Shown here piece by piece: positions 18,351 to 28,221 of a stretch of 64,000 nucleotides of DNA (within the stretch, counting starts at the first letter, position 1; every line of letters starts with the position of its first letter). The stretch spans positions 82,192 through 146,191 of the forward strand of contig JAGWLG010000004.1 in NCBI GenBank assembly GCA_028864975.1, in the 5' to 3' direction. Origin of the DNA: Thermoplasmata archaeon (lineage in GTDB: Archaea; Thermoplasmatota; Thermoplasmata; Lutacidiplasmatales; UBA184). The notes under the pieces are model-generated. The model worked only from the letters and a program-made list of their open reading frames with translations, searched no databases and was not told where the DNA came from. Position numbers and translations under genes: made by a program.

Positions 18351-18553
18351 ACTGGAGAAGATACTCGGCCGGCCTCAGATTGGGATTCCGAGAGAGTTCC
18401 CGTACAACCCCTCCTCGAGGGAACGTCGAGGCTCCGTCCTCTTGTTCGGGGGTTCACCTGCCACCAACCTGACCCGCTAGCAACCCGCTCCCCGGGCGCG
18501 GTCCAGAGCTCGTCAGGTCTTTGAGCTCCGGGGACGATGAGGGTTCCTTGACA

Positions 18554-21151
18554 GTGGACGTCCAAGCCACGGTGCGACTACGCAACGAGCCACCCTTCGT
18601 GGGTCGCCGGGCCGAGCAGTCCGAGCTCTCCTCGTCCCTGGCTCGCTTGCGGGAGGGACGGGGAGGTGCCTGGAGAATCACCGGTCCCGAGGGGATCGGA
18701 AAGAGTCGGCTCGCACGGTGGCTCGCGGACCAGGCCCTCCAGGACCACCTTGACGTCCGATGGGCCCACGGGCTCAGCGAAGGGGGCGTCCCGTTCTTCC
18801 TCTTCGAACAGCTCCTCCGCGACCCGGCGGATGACCACCACGACCTCGCATCCATCCCCATGCCTCCGTCGCTCGCGAAGTACTCCCTGGCCCCCGCAGC
18901 TCGAATGATGGCCTACCTGGACCGGCTGGACATCCTGGCGAGAAAGGGCGCGGCCCTCCTCATCCTGGACGATCTTCAGTGGGCGGACGACGCATCCGTA
19001 CGCGCGCTCCAGTTCCTGGTGAGGAACTCTCGCGACCGCCCAGTCCTTTGGGTCGCTTGCGAACGGTCGGACCCCGACACGACGGCCCCCACCCGCCTCG
19101 GTGAGGTCTTCCAGCGCTTGGAGACCGAGGGAGCCCTCTCCCAGCTCCGACTGAGGGGCATGAGCCCTGAGGAGCTCAGCGAAGTGCTCCGGGGGGTAAC
19201 CCAACCCCCGCTCGATCTCGAAGCGGGGGATGGCGGGTTCCGACGGTTCCTTCTCAAGACTGCCGGGAACCCGCATTTCGCTCTCGCCGCCCTCCGGCTG
19301 ATGTACGACCAGGGGCGCCTTCGCCCCGAAGAGGGTCGTATCGTCGTGGAGGCCCCGCCCCGCCCCGAAGCCCAGGACGGGGCCTCCTGGCCGGAGACGC
19401 TCCGTCAGGCCACCGAGGGACGTCTTGCCCTTCTCGGGCCCGAGGAGCTCCGCTTCCTCTCCATCGCCGCCCTCCTGGGAAAGGATTTCGAGCTGACCCC
19501 GTTGCAGGAGGTATCAGAACCCTCGCGTGAGGCGCTCCGCCACCGGGCACGGGGCCTCGAAACGCTGCACGGTCTCATCCGCCCCGTGTTCGGAGGGCGG
19601 GACCGGTGGACCTTCACAGAGGGCATGGCGGCGGACCTCGCCCTTGGGAAGCTCCCGACGGAGCTCCGGCGTTCGGCGGCGAGGAAGCTAGGGGACTGGT
19701 GGGCCGAGCACCGTCCCGAGGATGTCGAGCAGGTCGCCCGCCTCTACCACGACGCGGGGGACGGGAGCCTGGCGGCCCCCTGGATCACCAAGGCGATCGA
19801 CCGGGCGGCCTTGGAGGAATCCGCGGAGCCGGTGGAACGCTACGTCCAGTGGGCTCGGGACCTGGGGTCCTCGGACCCCGCCGCCACGGCCTCACGCGGC
19901 CTGGAGGAAGTGCGTGTCGCACGCTCGCTCCGGCGATTCGGGGCGAACGCTCCGGCCCTCCGGATCCTGAGGTCCATCCCCGGAGAGGGACTCCCCCTGG
20001 GGGTGGCGCGGGAACGCGACCTCGCGGTGATCGACGTGCTTACGGACCTCGACCCCCGGGAGGCCCACGACCGGCTGCGCCAGCTGGAACAGCTGGTCGA
20101 TGCCACCCCAACGACGGAGGTCCCCCCGCTGTTCCATGCGCGCCTATGCGGGACCCGAGCCTACCTCGCCCGGGTGACGGGGGCCTTCCCGGAAGGGCTC
20201 GCCGCGGCCGAGAAGGCCCTCACGTACCTCGACGCGAGCATGGACCCTCGCGAGCGTGCCCGCGCCCTCTACGAGGCTGGCTGGTGTGCCCTCGAGCTCG
20301 AGAAATGGGACCTCGCGACGCACTACTTCGAGAGGAACCTCGAGGTCGGGCGGAGCGCAAACCTGCTCCGCAGCCAGGCCAGCGCACTCGGGGGGCTGGG
20401 CGGGGTCGCCTTTCTGATGGGAAAGGTCCGCGAGGCCCGCGAGCACTTCGAGTCCGCCGTGCGCCTCCAACGAGAGGGAGGAGAGCTCTCCCGCATCGTC
20501 CCCCTCCTGCTCAACCTCTCCGAGGTGGCGGTCGCGGAAGGGGACCTGCGCCGGGCCTGGGGACACCACGAGGAGGCCAGCCGCCTCGCCGACCGGTTCG
20601 ACCTACCGCGATGGCGCGCCTCTGCCGCCGGCCAGCGAGGGCTCCTCCTCCTGCGTGAGCGTCGGTGGGAAGAGGCCCAGCGGGCCTTGGAGCTCGGGAG
20701 GGAGCTGACCCGGCCGCTGGGGGCTCGGATGTACCTGGAGGAGGTGGAGATCGGGTTGGCCTGGGCGCGTGGAGAGCGGGGCGACCCGCAGGGGGCGATG
20801 GCCACCCTCGACCCGCTGGAGCGCGGCCCGCCCCCGCTCGCGGCACAGCACGCCGACTTCTTCTACGAGGTGCGCGGACGCCTGAAGGCCATGCTCAGTG
20901 ACCCCAGCGGCGCACGCGCCGACCTGGACCAAGCCCTCGGTCGCGCCGGTCCGAGTCTCGTGCGTCGGGCCCACATCCTCGGCGACCTCTCGGCCTGGGA
21001 GGTCGACCACGGTGACGCGGAGCACGCCCTCGAACTGAGGGCCCAGGCGGACGACCTCTACCACCGCTCCGGGGTCGACCCGGAGAAGGCCAGGGTGGTC
21101 AACGAGGTGTTCGTGGGATCGGCCACGGCGCCAACGCCCTCGAAGAGATGA
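18554..21151 (+). CDS. STAND-class AAA ATPase (AAA_16-like) with C-terminal TPR repeats
   Basis: PFVGRRAE, Walker A GPEGIGKS, Walker B LLILDDLQWAD, GNPHF, then multiple TPR-like helices. Confidence 0.85.
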   Translation: MDVQATVRLRNEPPFVGRRAEQSELSSSLARLREGRGGAWRITGPEGIGKSRLARWLADQALQDHLDVRWAHGLSEGGVPFFLFEQLLRDPADDHHDLASIPMPPSLAKYSLAPAARMMAYLDRLDILARKGAALLILDDLQWADDASVRALQFLVRNSRDRPVLWVACERSDPDTTAPTRLGEVFQRLETEGALSQLRLRGMSPEELSEVLRGVTQPPLDLEAGDGGFRRFLLKTAGNPHFALAALRLMYDQGRLRPEEGRIVVEAPPRPEAQDGASWPETLRQATEGRLALLGPEELRFLSIAALLGKDFELTPLQEVSEPSREALRHRARGLETLHGLIRPVFGGRDRWTFTEGMAADLALGKLPTELRRSAARKLGDWWAEHRPEDVEQVARLYHDAGDGSLAAPWITKAIDRAALEESAEPVERYVQWARDLGSSDPAATASRGLEEVRVARSLRRFGANAPALRILRSIPGEGLPLGVARERDLAVIDVLTDLDPREAHDRLRQLEQLVDATPTTEVPPLFHARLCGTRAYLARVTGAFPEGLAAAEKALTYLDASMDPRERARALYEAGWCALELEKWDLATHYFERNLEVGRSANLLRSQASALGGLGGVAFLMGKVREAREHFESAVRLQREGGELSRIVPLLLNLSEVAVAEGDLRRAWGHHEEASRLADRFDLPRWRASAAGQRGLLLLRERRWEEAQRALELGRELTRPLGARMYLEEVEIGLAWARGERGDPQGAMATLDPLERGPPPLAAQHADFFYEVRGRLKAMLSDPSGARADLDQALGRAGPSLVRRAHILGDLSAWEVDHGDAEHALELRAQADDLYHRSGVDPEKARVVNEVFVGSATAPTPSKR

Positions 21152-21254
21152 TAGGCCGGACACCGCTCAAGGGCACTCACGGTGCACCCGATCACCGGGC
21201 AGAGCGGGAGGACCCCCCGAATGGTTCATGAGGTCGTCTTCGCCTTAGCGCACC

Positions 21255-22982
21255 ATGCCTCGCCACCCAGCGTCTCGGCCTCCCCGTTCCCCCGAGGAGG
21301 CGCGTTGGCGAAAGGAGGTGGAGGAAAAGCTCCCTCCGGACGAGAGGTCCCGCGGAGACCCGCCCGCCCTCGGGCTTCCGGAGGAGGACGAGGCGCACCG
21401 GTACGAGGCCCATCTCGGCTTCCCCGGGCGCCCGCCCTTCACGCGCGGCGTGCAACCGACGATGTACCGGGGCCGTCTCTGGACGATGAGGCAGTACTCC
21501 GGGTTCGGGACCGCGGAGGAGACCAACGCGCGGTTCCGCGACCTGCTCGCGCACGGTCAGACCGGCCTCTCGGTGGCCTTCGACCTCCCGACACAGATCG
21601 GTTACGACCCGGACCATCCCCGGTCGAAAGGGGAAGTGGGGCGCTGTGGCGTCTCCATCTCGACGCTGAGGGACATGGAGTCCCTCTTCCACGACATCCC
21701 CCTCGACAAAGCCACGGTCTCGATGACCATCAACGCCACCGCGACCATCCTCCTGGGGCTCCTGGTGAACGTCGCCGAGGCCCACGGCGTGTCCCGCGCT
21801 CGACTGGGAGGGACCGTCCAGAACGATGTCCTCAAGGAGTACGCCGCCCGAGGGACCTACATCTATCCGCCCGACGCCTCGCTCCGTCTCACGGCCGACC
21901 TCATCGAGTTCACGACCCGGGAGATGCCGCAGTGGAACGGCATCAGCGTCTCGGGCTACCACATGCGCGAGGCGGGGGCGACCGCGGCCCAGGAGGTCGC
22001 GTTCACCCTCTCGGACGGTATCGCCTACGCACGGGCGGTGAAGGCACGAGGTCTCCCGGTCGATGAGTTCCTTCCTCGGGTCTCCTTCTTCTTCTCGGCC
22101 GACCGGAACTTCCTCGAAGAGGTGGCCAAGTTCCGCGCGGCCCGTCGTCTCTGGTCACGCCTCACGAGCGAGGCCCTCGGCGCCAAGAGCTCCCGGGCCC
22201 GGGAGCTGAGGTTCCACACGCAGACCGCGGGCTCCTCGCTCACGGCCCAGCAGCCCGAGCTCAATGTGGTCCGGACGACCTTGGAGGCGCTCTCCGCGGT
22301 GCTGGGGGGCACGCAGTCCTTGCACACGAACGCGATGGACGAGGCGCTGGGTCTCCCGACCCCCGAGTCCGCGCGTCTTGCGCTCCGGACGCAGCAGATC
22401 CTCGCCGAGGAAAGCGGGGTCCCCAACACCGTCGATCCGCTGGGAGGGGCGTGGGCCATCGAGGACTTGACGGACCGCATCGAGGAGGACGCCCAGAGAT
22501 ACCTCGACCAGATCGAGGAGATGGGCGGGGCGAGCGTCGCCGTCGCCCGAGGGTTCTACCAGAAGGAGATCGGCCGGGAGGCCTACCTGCGCGCTCGGTC
22601 ACTGGAAGAGCGCGCTGCCCATGTCGTCGGGGTCAATGTCCATGCCGAAGGGAACTCCGCCTTCGACCTCTTCCCGGGCAAGGGGAAGGGAACGGGAAAG
22701 GGCACAGGGAAGCGCACGCCGGCGGGCACGGCAGGGCCGAGAGGACAGCGCATCTCCCCCGAGCTCGAGCGAAAGGCGGTTCGTGCCGTGGTCGCATGGA
22801 GGAAAGCGCGCAGGGCCCCCGACACCGAAAGGGCCATCTCTTCCCTGCGCAAGGCGACCGAAGAGGGTCGGAACGTGATGCCCCAGGTCATCGAGGCCCT
22901 CAAGAAGGGCACGACGTTGGGGGAGATCGCCGGCCTCTGGCGAGAGATATTCGGCGAGCACCATCCCTCGCGCGAGTACTGA
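21255..22982 (+). CDS. Methylmalonyl-CoA mutase, substrate-binding (large) subunit
   Basis: PFTRG..WTMRQYSGFG (Tyr at the specificity position), GTVQNDVLKEY..RGTY, SGYHMREAG, HTQTAG, LHTNAMDEAL. Confidence 0.95.
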   Translation: MPRHPASRPPRSPEEARWRKEVEEKLPPDERSRGDPPALGLPEEDEAHRYEAHLGFPGRPPFTRGVQPTMYRGRLWTMRQYSGFGTAEETNARFRDLLAHGQTGLSVAFDLPTQIGYDPDHPRSKGEVGRCGVSISTLRDMESLFHDIPLDKATVSMTINATATILLGLLVNVAEAHGVSRARLGGTVQNDVLKEYAARGTYIYPPDASLRLTADLIEFTTREMPQWNGISVSGYHMREAGATAAQEVAFTLSDGIAYARAVKARGLPVDEFLPRVSFFFSADRNFLEEVAKFRAARRLWSRLTSEALGAKSSRARELRFHTQTAGSSLTAQQPELNVVRTTLEALSAVLGGTQSLHTNAMDEALGLPTPESARLALRTQQILAEESGVPNTVDPLGGAWAIEDLTDRIEEDAQRYLDQIEEMGGASVAVARGFYQKEIGREAYLRARSLEERAAHVVGVNVHAEGNSAFDLFPGKGKGTGKGTGKRTPAGTAGPRGQRISPELERKAVRAVVAWRKARRAPDTERAISSLRKATEEGRNVMPQVIEALKKGTTLGEIAGLWREIFGEHHPSREY

Positions 22983-23005
22983 GAAGAACCGGAGCGTCGA
23001 ACCCC

Positions 23006-23461
23006 GTGACCCTTGGGACCCGCGCTCAGATCTCCGAGACGGGAGCAGGGCTCCCTATCGACCATCTTGGTATCGCTGTGGTGCACCTGGAGAGCGCGGT
23101 CCCTCTGTGGGAACGCTCGCTCGGAACCCTGGCTTCCCCCGCCGAGGAGGTCCCATCGCAGAAGGTCCGTGTCCGATTCCTGACGGTGGGCGAGAGCCAC
23201 TTGGAGCTCCTCGAGCCAACCTCTCCGGAGGCCACGATCGCCAAGTTCCTGGAGAAGCGAGGCGAGGGGCTCCACCACATCGCCTTCCAGGTCTCGGACC
23301 TTCGCGCGAAGCTCTCCGAGCTCTCGAAGGCGGGGGTCCGTCTCATCGACGAGGCCCCGCGGCAGGGGGCTCGGGGCCGTTGGGTCGCGTTCGCGCATCC
23401 TTCTTCCTTTGGTGGGGTCCTGACCGAGTTCGTGTCGGACCGACCGGGGGGCGGCGCATGA
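23006..23461 (+). CDS. mce: Methylmalonyl-CoA epimerase (VOC superfamily)
   Basis: IDHLGIAV, LELLEP, KFLEKRGEGLHHIAFQV, FAHP..GGVLTEF; follows the mutase. Confidence 0.93.
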   Translation: MTLGTRAQISETGAGLPIDHLGIAVVHLESAVPLWERSLGTLASPAEEVPSQKVRVRFLTVGESHLELLEPTSPEATIAKFLEKRGEGLHHIAFQVSDLRAKLSELSKAGVRLIDEAPRQGARGRWVAFAHPSSFGGVLTEFVSDRPGGGA

Positions 23462-24720
23462 GCACCGCCGCGCACGCCCCGCGTTCGCCGCAGGAGCGAG
23501 CGATGGTGGTGCGGGCGCGCCTGGCGCGCGTCTTCGACTCCCGGGGCAATCCCACGGTCGAGGCGACCCTGACCTCGAGCGACGGGTCCACCGGGCGCGC
23601 GGCCTCCCCGAGCGGCGCCTCCACGGGCGCCACCGAGGTCCAAGCTTTCCCAGATGGGGGGGTCCCGGTCGCCCTCGAACGCTTCTCGCAACGCGTCGCA
23701 CCACGACTCTCGGGCTTCGGTCTTGACGACCAGACGGGGTTCGACGCGCTGCTCAAGGAGATCGACGGGACGCCCGAGCTCAAGGAGATCGGGGGGAACA
23801 CCGCCACCGCCCTCTCGATCGCCTACGCGCTTCTCCGCGCGAACGCGCGGGGACTCCCGTTGTGGCGTGCGGTCCCCGGGGCGCCCGACCGGCCGAAGTT
23901 CCCCGCGATCGTGGGGAACGTGATCAACGGGGGTGCCCACGCCGTGGGGGGTCCCGAGTTCCAGGAATACATCGCGTTCTCCGAGGCCGCGGACCCCGGA
24001 GCGGCGATCGAGGCCGCGGTGGCGGTACACCGCAGTGTCGGGAAACGCCTGCGGGAGAGGTTCCCGAAGGCGGCCTTGGGGCGTGGTGACGAGGGAGGGT
24101 GGGTCGCCCCGCTCTCCAGCGTCGAGGCGCTCGAGCTCCTCGCGACCTGCTGCCAGGAGGTCAACGATGCGCGGAGGTCGAGCGGGGTCTCGGTCCGTCC
24201 CGGTCTCGACCTGGCAGCGAGCGAGTTCTACCGCAAAGGCCGCTACGTCTACCGCGACCAGACCCTGGACCCGGATGGCCAGGTGGGGTTCATCGGGAAG
24301 CTCACGGAGAAGTACGACCTCGCCTACCTCGAGGACCCTCTGGAGGAGAGCGACTTCTCGGGTTTCGCACGGCTGACCTCCCGGGTGGGGCGCAGCGGGA
24401 GGACCCTAGTGGTGGGGGACGACCTGTACACCACCCACCCCTCCCGGCTCGAGCGCGGGATCCACGAGAAGGCGGGGAACGCCGTCCTGCTCAAAGTGAA
24501 CCAGGTGGGGACCCTCACCGATACCCTCCGTTGTGTCGAGCTCGCGAAGGGGGCGCTTTGGGCGACCATCGCTTCCCACCGGTCGGGCGAGGTCCCGGAC
24601 GCCTGGCTCGCCCACCTGGCCGTTGCCTTCGGGAGCCGGGGGATCAAGACCGGCGTCCTCGGCGGTGAACGCGTGGCCAAGCTTAATGAACTGACCCGAC
24701 TCGCGACCTCCCCCCCATGA
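23458..24720 (+). CDS. eno: Enolase (phosphopyruvate hydratase)
   Basis: DSRGNPTVE, PSGASTG, NGGAH, GDEGG, DLAASEF, EDP, GDDL, LKVNQ, SHRSGE. Confidence 0.96.
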   Translation: MSTAAHAPRSPQERAMVVRARLARVFDSRGNPTVEATLTSSDGSTGRAASPSGASTGATEVQAFPDGGVPVALERFSQRVAPRLSGFGLDDQTGFDALLKEIDGTPELKEIGGNTATALSIAYALLRANARGLPLWRAVPGAPDRPKFPAIVGNVINGGAHAVGGPEFQEYIAFSEAADPGAAIEAAVAVHRSVGKRLRERFPKAALGRGDEGGWVAPLSSVEALELLATCCQEVNDARRSSGVSVRPGLDLAASEFYRKGRYVYRDQTLDPDGQVGFIGKLTEKYDLAYLEDPLEESDFSGFARLTSRVGRSGRTLVVGDDLYTTHPSRLERGIHEKAGNAVLLKVNQVGTLTDTLRCVELAKGALWATIASHRSGEVPDAWLAHLAVAFGSRGIKTGVLGGERVAKLNELTRLATSPP

Positions 24721-25382
24721 GCCCCGAGGAAGAGCAGGGAGAGGTCGCGGCGACGCCCATGGCGCTGCCGTCGGACCGACGCGGCGAAGGGGACCTCCTG
24801 ATCCCGGAGGACACCTACCTCACGAGCGGCGTCCACATCGGGACCCAGCAGAAGTCGGCCTCGATGCGCCGGTTCATCTTCAAGATCCGCTACGACGGTC
24901 TCTACGTCCTCGACATCAAGGAGACCGACCGCCGCATCCGGCTCGCGGCGAAGTTCCTCTCCCGCTTCCCTTCGGAGAAGATCCTCGCGGTCTCCCAACG
25001 CCAGTACGGTCAGAAGCCCGTGCGGACCTTCGCGAAGCAGGTGGGCGCGATGACCCTCTCGGAGCGCTTCGTCCCTGGTTCGCTCACGAACCCCAACCTC
25101 CCGACCTTCGTCGAACCGAAGGTGCTGGTCGTTTCCGACCCGGCCACGGACATGCAGGCGCTCTCCGAGGCCCTCTCTGTTGGGATCCCCGTCGTGGGGT
25201 TCTGCGATGTCAACAACGACACGCGGTACGTCGACCTGGTGATCCCCGCGAACAACAAGGGCCGCGCTTCGCTGGCCACGCTCTACTGGCTCCTGTCCCG
25301 GGAGCTCTTGAAGGAACAGGGGAAGTCGACCGCGGAGAACCCGTTCACGCTCACGGTCGACGACTTCCAGGCCGCGCTCTGA
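24717..25382 (+). CDS. rps2: 30S ribosomal protein S2 (uS2)
   Basis: YLTSGVHIGTQQK, GLYVLDIKETD, RFVPGSLTNP, IPANNKGRASLA. Confidence 0.98.
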   Translation: MSPEEEQGEVAATPMALPSDRRGEGDLLIPEDTYLTSGVHIGTQQKSASMRRFIFKIRYDGLYVLDIKETDRRIRLAAKFLSRFPSEKILAVSQRQYGQKPVRTFAKQVGAMTLSERFVPGSLTNPNLPTFVEPKVLVVSDPATDMQALSEALSVGIPVVGFCDVNNDTRYVDLVIPANNKGRASLATLYWLLSRELLKEQGKSTAENPFTLTVDDFQAAL

Positions 25383-25550
25383 TCCTCCGGCTCCGTGGGA
25401 GTTGCCCGTCGTGGTTCGAGAGGGGCTGCCCTGCCCCGCCCGGGGCCAGAAAGTTGAAGGTCTGGGTATCGCGTTCCCCCCTGCGAGGTGCGGGTCCGCT
25501 GTGACGAGGGTGGCCAGGTCGGTCGTCGCCGCGATCGTTCGTCGTCGTCC

Positions 25551-26885
25551 ATGACCGCAAGCGCTGCGCCCGCTGCGGAGGCGCCCTCCCAGCTCGAGTC
25601 GCTGCTCACGCGATTAGGGTTGTCCCCTCGGCTCGCTCGCAGCTACCTCATCGTCGCGCGGCAGGGACCGATGTCCGCCCCCGAGCTCGCGCGAATGGCC
25701 GGGACCCACCGCGTCGCCGCGTATCGGGACGCGAAGGAGCTCATGACCCGAGGCCTCTTGACCGCCAAAGGGTCCCCTCGCCGTTTCGAAGGGGCCCCGC
25801 TGAAGCGCGCCCTCGACCTGCTCGAGCGGGAGGCTCGCGCCCAGGTGCGACATCTCAAGGACACCCGTCGAAAGATCGAGCGCCTGTGGGGTGCCGAGGA
25901 GTCCCGGCCGTGGGAGCAGGCCGAGTCCCTTCGTTTCCGCTACTTCGAGGGGCGGGAGCAGGTGGTGGAGGCGACCCGTCGGCTCTTCGGCCTTACCGTG
26001 AAGAGGATCGACGCGGTCCTGCCGCCGAACCCCCGGCACCAGGAGCTATGGACACGGATCCCGCTCGCCCAGAGCGCGCATGCCCGGGGGGTGAAGTTCC
26101 GCACGGTCGTCCAGCTATCCCGCGAGAACCTGGCCCTGGTCCGCAAGCTGGCGACCTTCACGGAGTGCCGTGACGTCCAGGGGCTCTACTCCTTCCGGTA
26201 CAGCATCTTCGATGGTCGAGGGATCCTGATGGCCCTCACCGAAGACCCCGCCGGCGGCTCCCGCGGGTTCGATGCCGCCGTGTGGACCACGGCCCCCGAG
26301 GCGCTCAGGTTCTACCGGCGCCACTTCGAGATGCTCTTCTCGCAAGGTACTCCCATCGACCGGAGCCTGACCTTCTACGAGGCGATGCCCCAGATTCGTC
26401 CGGTGCTGACCCGACCTTCCGCGGGGGCGGTCCTGGCCTCTCTGGAGGAGGTCGCGAACCGCTGGCTTTCGCTCTTCCGGGTGGCCCGGGTCCGAATGGA
26501 CCTCACTCCGATCCTGCAATCGTTGGGTTACCAGGTGGGGGTCGCTCTGGGTCGGGAGCTCCCTCGCGGCAAGCTTCCTGCCGTCGTCCGTGGGCTCGAC
26601 CGTCGTTTCGCACGGGAGTCCCTGGGCCATCTAGTGCTCTCAGGGCGAGGAGGGGACAGCCTCGTGCGTTGGGAGAGGTGTCCCTGCTGCTCGGGGGCTC
26701 TCGCCCAGCTCGGCAGCGAGGTCTGCCCCGCGGTGCTCCAGGGAGCCCTGCGTACGGCGGTGTCCGACCGCCTGGTGATCCGCGCTGTCGACTCCCGGCC
26801 CCCGTCTCGGGGCGTGCACATCTTGCTGGTGCGGCCGCAGGGAGCGACTGGGGTGCTTTCCAGGGAAACCGTGGGCCTCGGGTGA
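25551..26885 (+). CDS. TrmB-family transcriptional regulator with C-terminal V4R-like cysteine domain
   Basis: TrmB wHTH (LGLSPRLARSY..ELAR..YRDAKELMTRGLL), PLD-like effector domain (FRYSIFDGRGIL), C-terminal WERCPCC..VCPAVLQGAL. Confidence 0.78.
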   Translation: MTASAAPAAEAPSQLESLLTRLGLSPRLARSYLIVARQGPMSAPELARMAGTHRVAAYRDAKELMTRGLLTAKGSPRRFEGAPLKRALDLLEREARAQVRHLKDTRRKIERLWGAEESRPWEQAESLRFRYFEGREQVVEATRRLFGLTVKRIDAVLPPNPRHQELWTRIPLAQSAHARGVKFRTVVQLSRENLALVRKLATFTECRDVQGLYSFRYSIFDGRGILMALTEDPAGGSRGFDAAVWTTAPEALRFYRRHFEMLFSQGTPIDRSLTFYEAMPQIRPVLTRPSAGAVLASLEEVANRWLSLFRVARVRMDLTPILQSLGYQVGVALGRELPRGKLPAVVRGLDRRFARESLGHLVLSGRGGDSLVRWERCPCCSGALAQLGSEVCPAVLQGALRTAVSDRLVIRAVDSRPPSRGVHILLVRPQGATGVLSRETVGLG

Positions 26886-27130
26886 AGCCGAGGACGCCTC
26901 CTCAGGTTGGCCACCCGACTTCCCCGGGCCTTCCGATGCCGTGCCTATAGTTCGTTACAGTTGTTACAAAACCAAGCTGGGACGGGAGCGTATTTCTTAC
27001 ACACCTCAAGGGTAAGACACAAGGTCCATAACCCTCTGGATGTTACGTATTGGTGCGTTCCTGGAGGGGGACAGGGGATGGTCATCCAACGGTGCGGGGG
27101 TCCGCAGGCCCGCGCATCTCTGTACAAGAG

Positions 27131-28162
27131 ATGAGCGTACGGTCGCCCCCACCCCAGCCGCTCCGGTCCGAAACCGGAGAGGACGCCTGCCCGACGTGCC
27201 GGTCGGTCCATTTGACGCGCGACGAGATGCGCGGGGAAGTGGTCTGCAGCGACTGCGGCCTAGTGCTCGACGGAGGCGCGTTCCTTTCGGACCGTGCTCC
27301 CCGCCACCGCGAGGACGACGACGGAAGGACGGCGCGCGGGTACGGCCCGGCCATCTCCAACCTGCTCCCCGACAAGGGGCTCTTCAGCGAGATCGGTTCA
27401 CCCGGGCGCGACTTCCAAGGCAACCCCCTCTCCCGCCACGCTTCCCTCAAGTTCTACCACCTGCGCAAGCTCAACCACCGCCTGCGCACGGTGCGCACGC
27501 ATCAGAGGAACCTGAGCGTCGCGCTGGCTGAGATCCAACGCCTCTCGAGCGTCCTCGGGCTGTCGCGAGAGGTCAAGGAGTCGGCGACGTTCATCTACCG
27601 CAAGGCGCTCGAGCACAAGGCGACGCGGGGGAAGAAGATCGTCTCGCTCGTCGCCGCGTCGGTCTACGCGGCCTGCAGGCAATGCCGGGTCCCCCGGACG
27701 ATGAAGGAGATCATCGTCCACTCGAAGGCGAGCAAGATCGAGGTGGGCCGCGCCTTCACCCTCCTGGCCCGCGAGCTCCACCTGGGGCTGCGGCCGATCG
27801 AGCCCCGCGACTATCTCGTGCGGTTCACCCAGGACCTGAACCTCTCGCGCGATGTGCGACAAAGGGTGCTGGAGCTCCTCGCGCAGGTGGAGAAGGTCTA
27901 CTCGACGAGCGGGGTCCTGCCGAACGGGGTCCTGGCGACGATCATCTACATCGCCTGCAACTCTCTGGGCGAGCCACGGAGCCAGGACCGTATCGCGGCG
28001 GTGGCGAACGTCACCCCCGTCACCATCCGGAACCACTACAAGGAATTCCTCGACCTCCTGGGGCTCCCCCGGCCCACCCCCAACGTCCCGGCGAGCGCGC
28101 GCGCCGTCACGATCTCGGCCGGCAGCCAGCTCGGGGCCAACGCCCTCGGGACGGCCCACTGA
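27131..28162 (+). CDS. tfb: Transcription initiation factor IIB (TFB), divergent paralogue
   Basis: Zn ribbon CPTC..RGEVVCSDCGLVL, LRKLNHR, two cyclin repeats, VTPVTIRNHYKE. Confidence 0.95.
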   Translation: MSVRSPPPQPLRSETGEDACPTCRSVHLTRDEMRGEVVCSDCGLVLDGGAFLSDRAPRHREDDDGRTARGYGPAISNLLPDKGLFSEIGSPGRDFQGNPLSRHASLKFYHLRKLNHRLRTVRTHQRNLSVALAEIQRLSSVLGLSREVKESATFIYRKALEHKATRGKKIVSLVAASVYAACRQCRVPRTMKEIIVHSKASKIEVGRAFTLLARELHLGLRPIEPRDYLVRFTQDLNLSRDVRQRVLELLAQVEKVYSTSGVLPNGVLATIIYIACNSLGEPRSQDRIAAVANVTPVTIRNHYKEFLDLLGLPRPTPNVPASARAVTISAGSQLGANALGTAH

Positions 28163-28221
28163 ACGGCGGCGGCGCAGCGTCTCCCCCAAAAGGCCTTACG
28201 GCCAGCAGTCTCCCATCGCCG

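Noticed and set aside
22670-22740. GKGKGTGKGTGKR low-complexity insert in the mutase
   Set aside because: Probably a slippage-derived surface loop, not a P-loop; no functional evidence.
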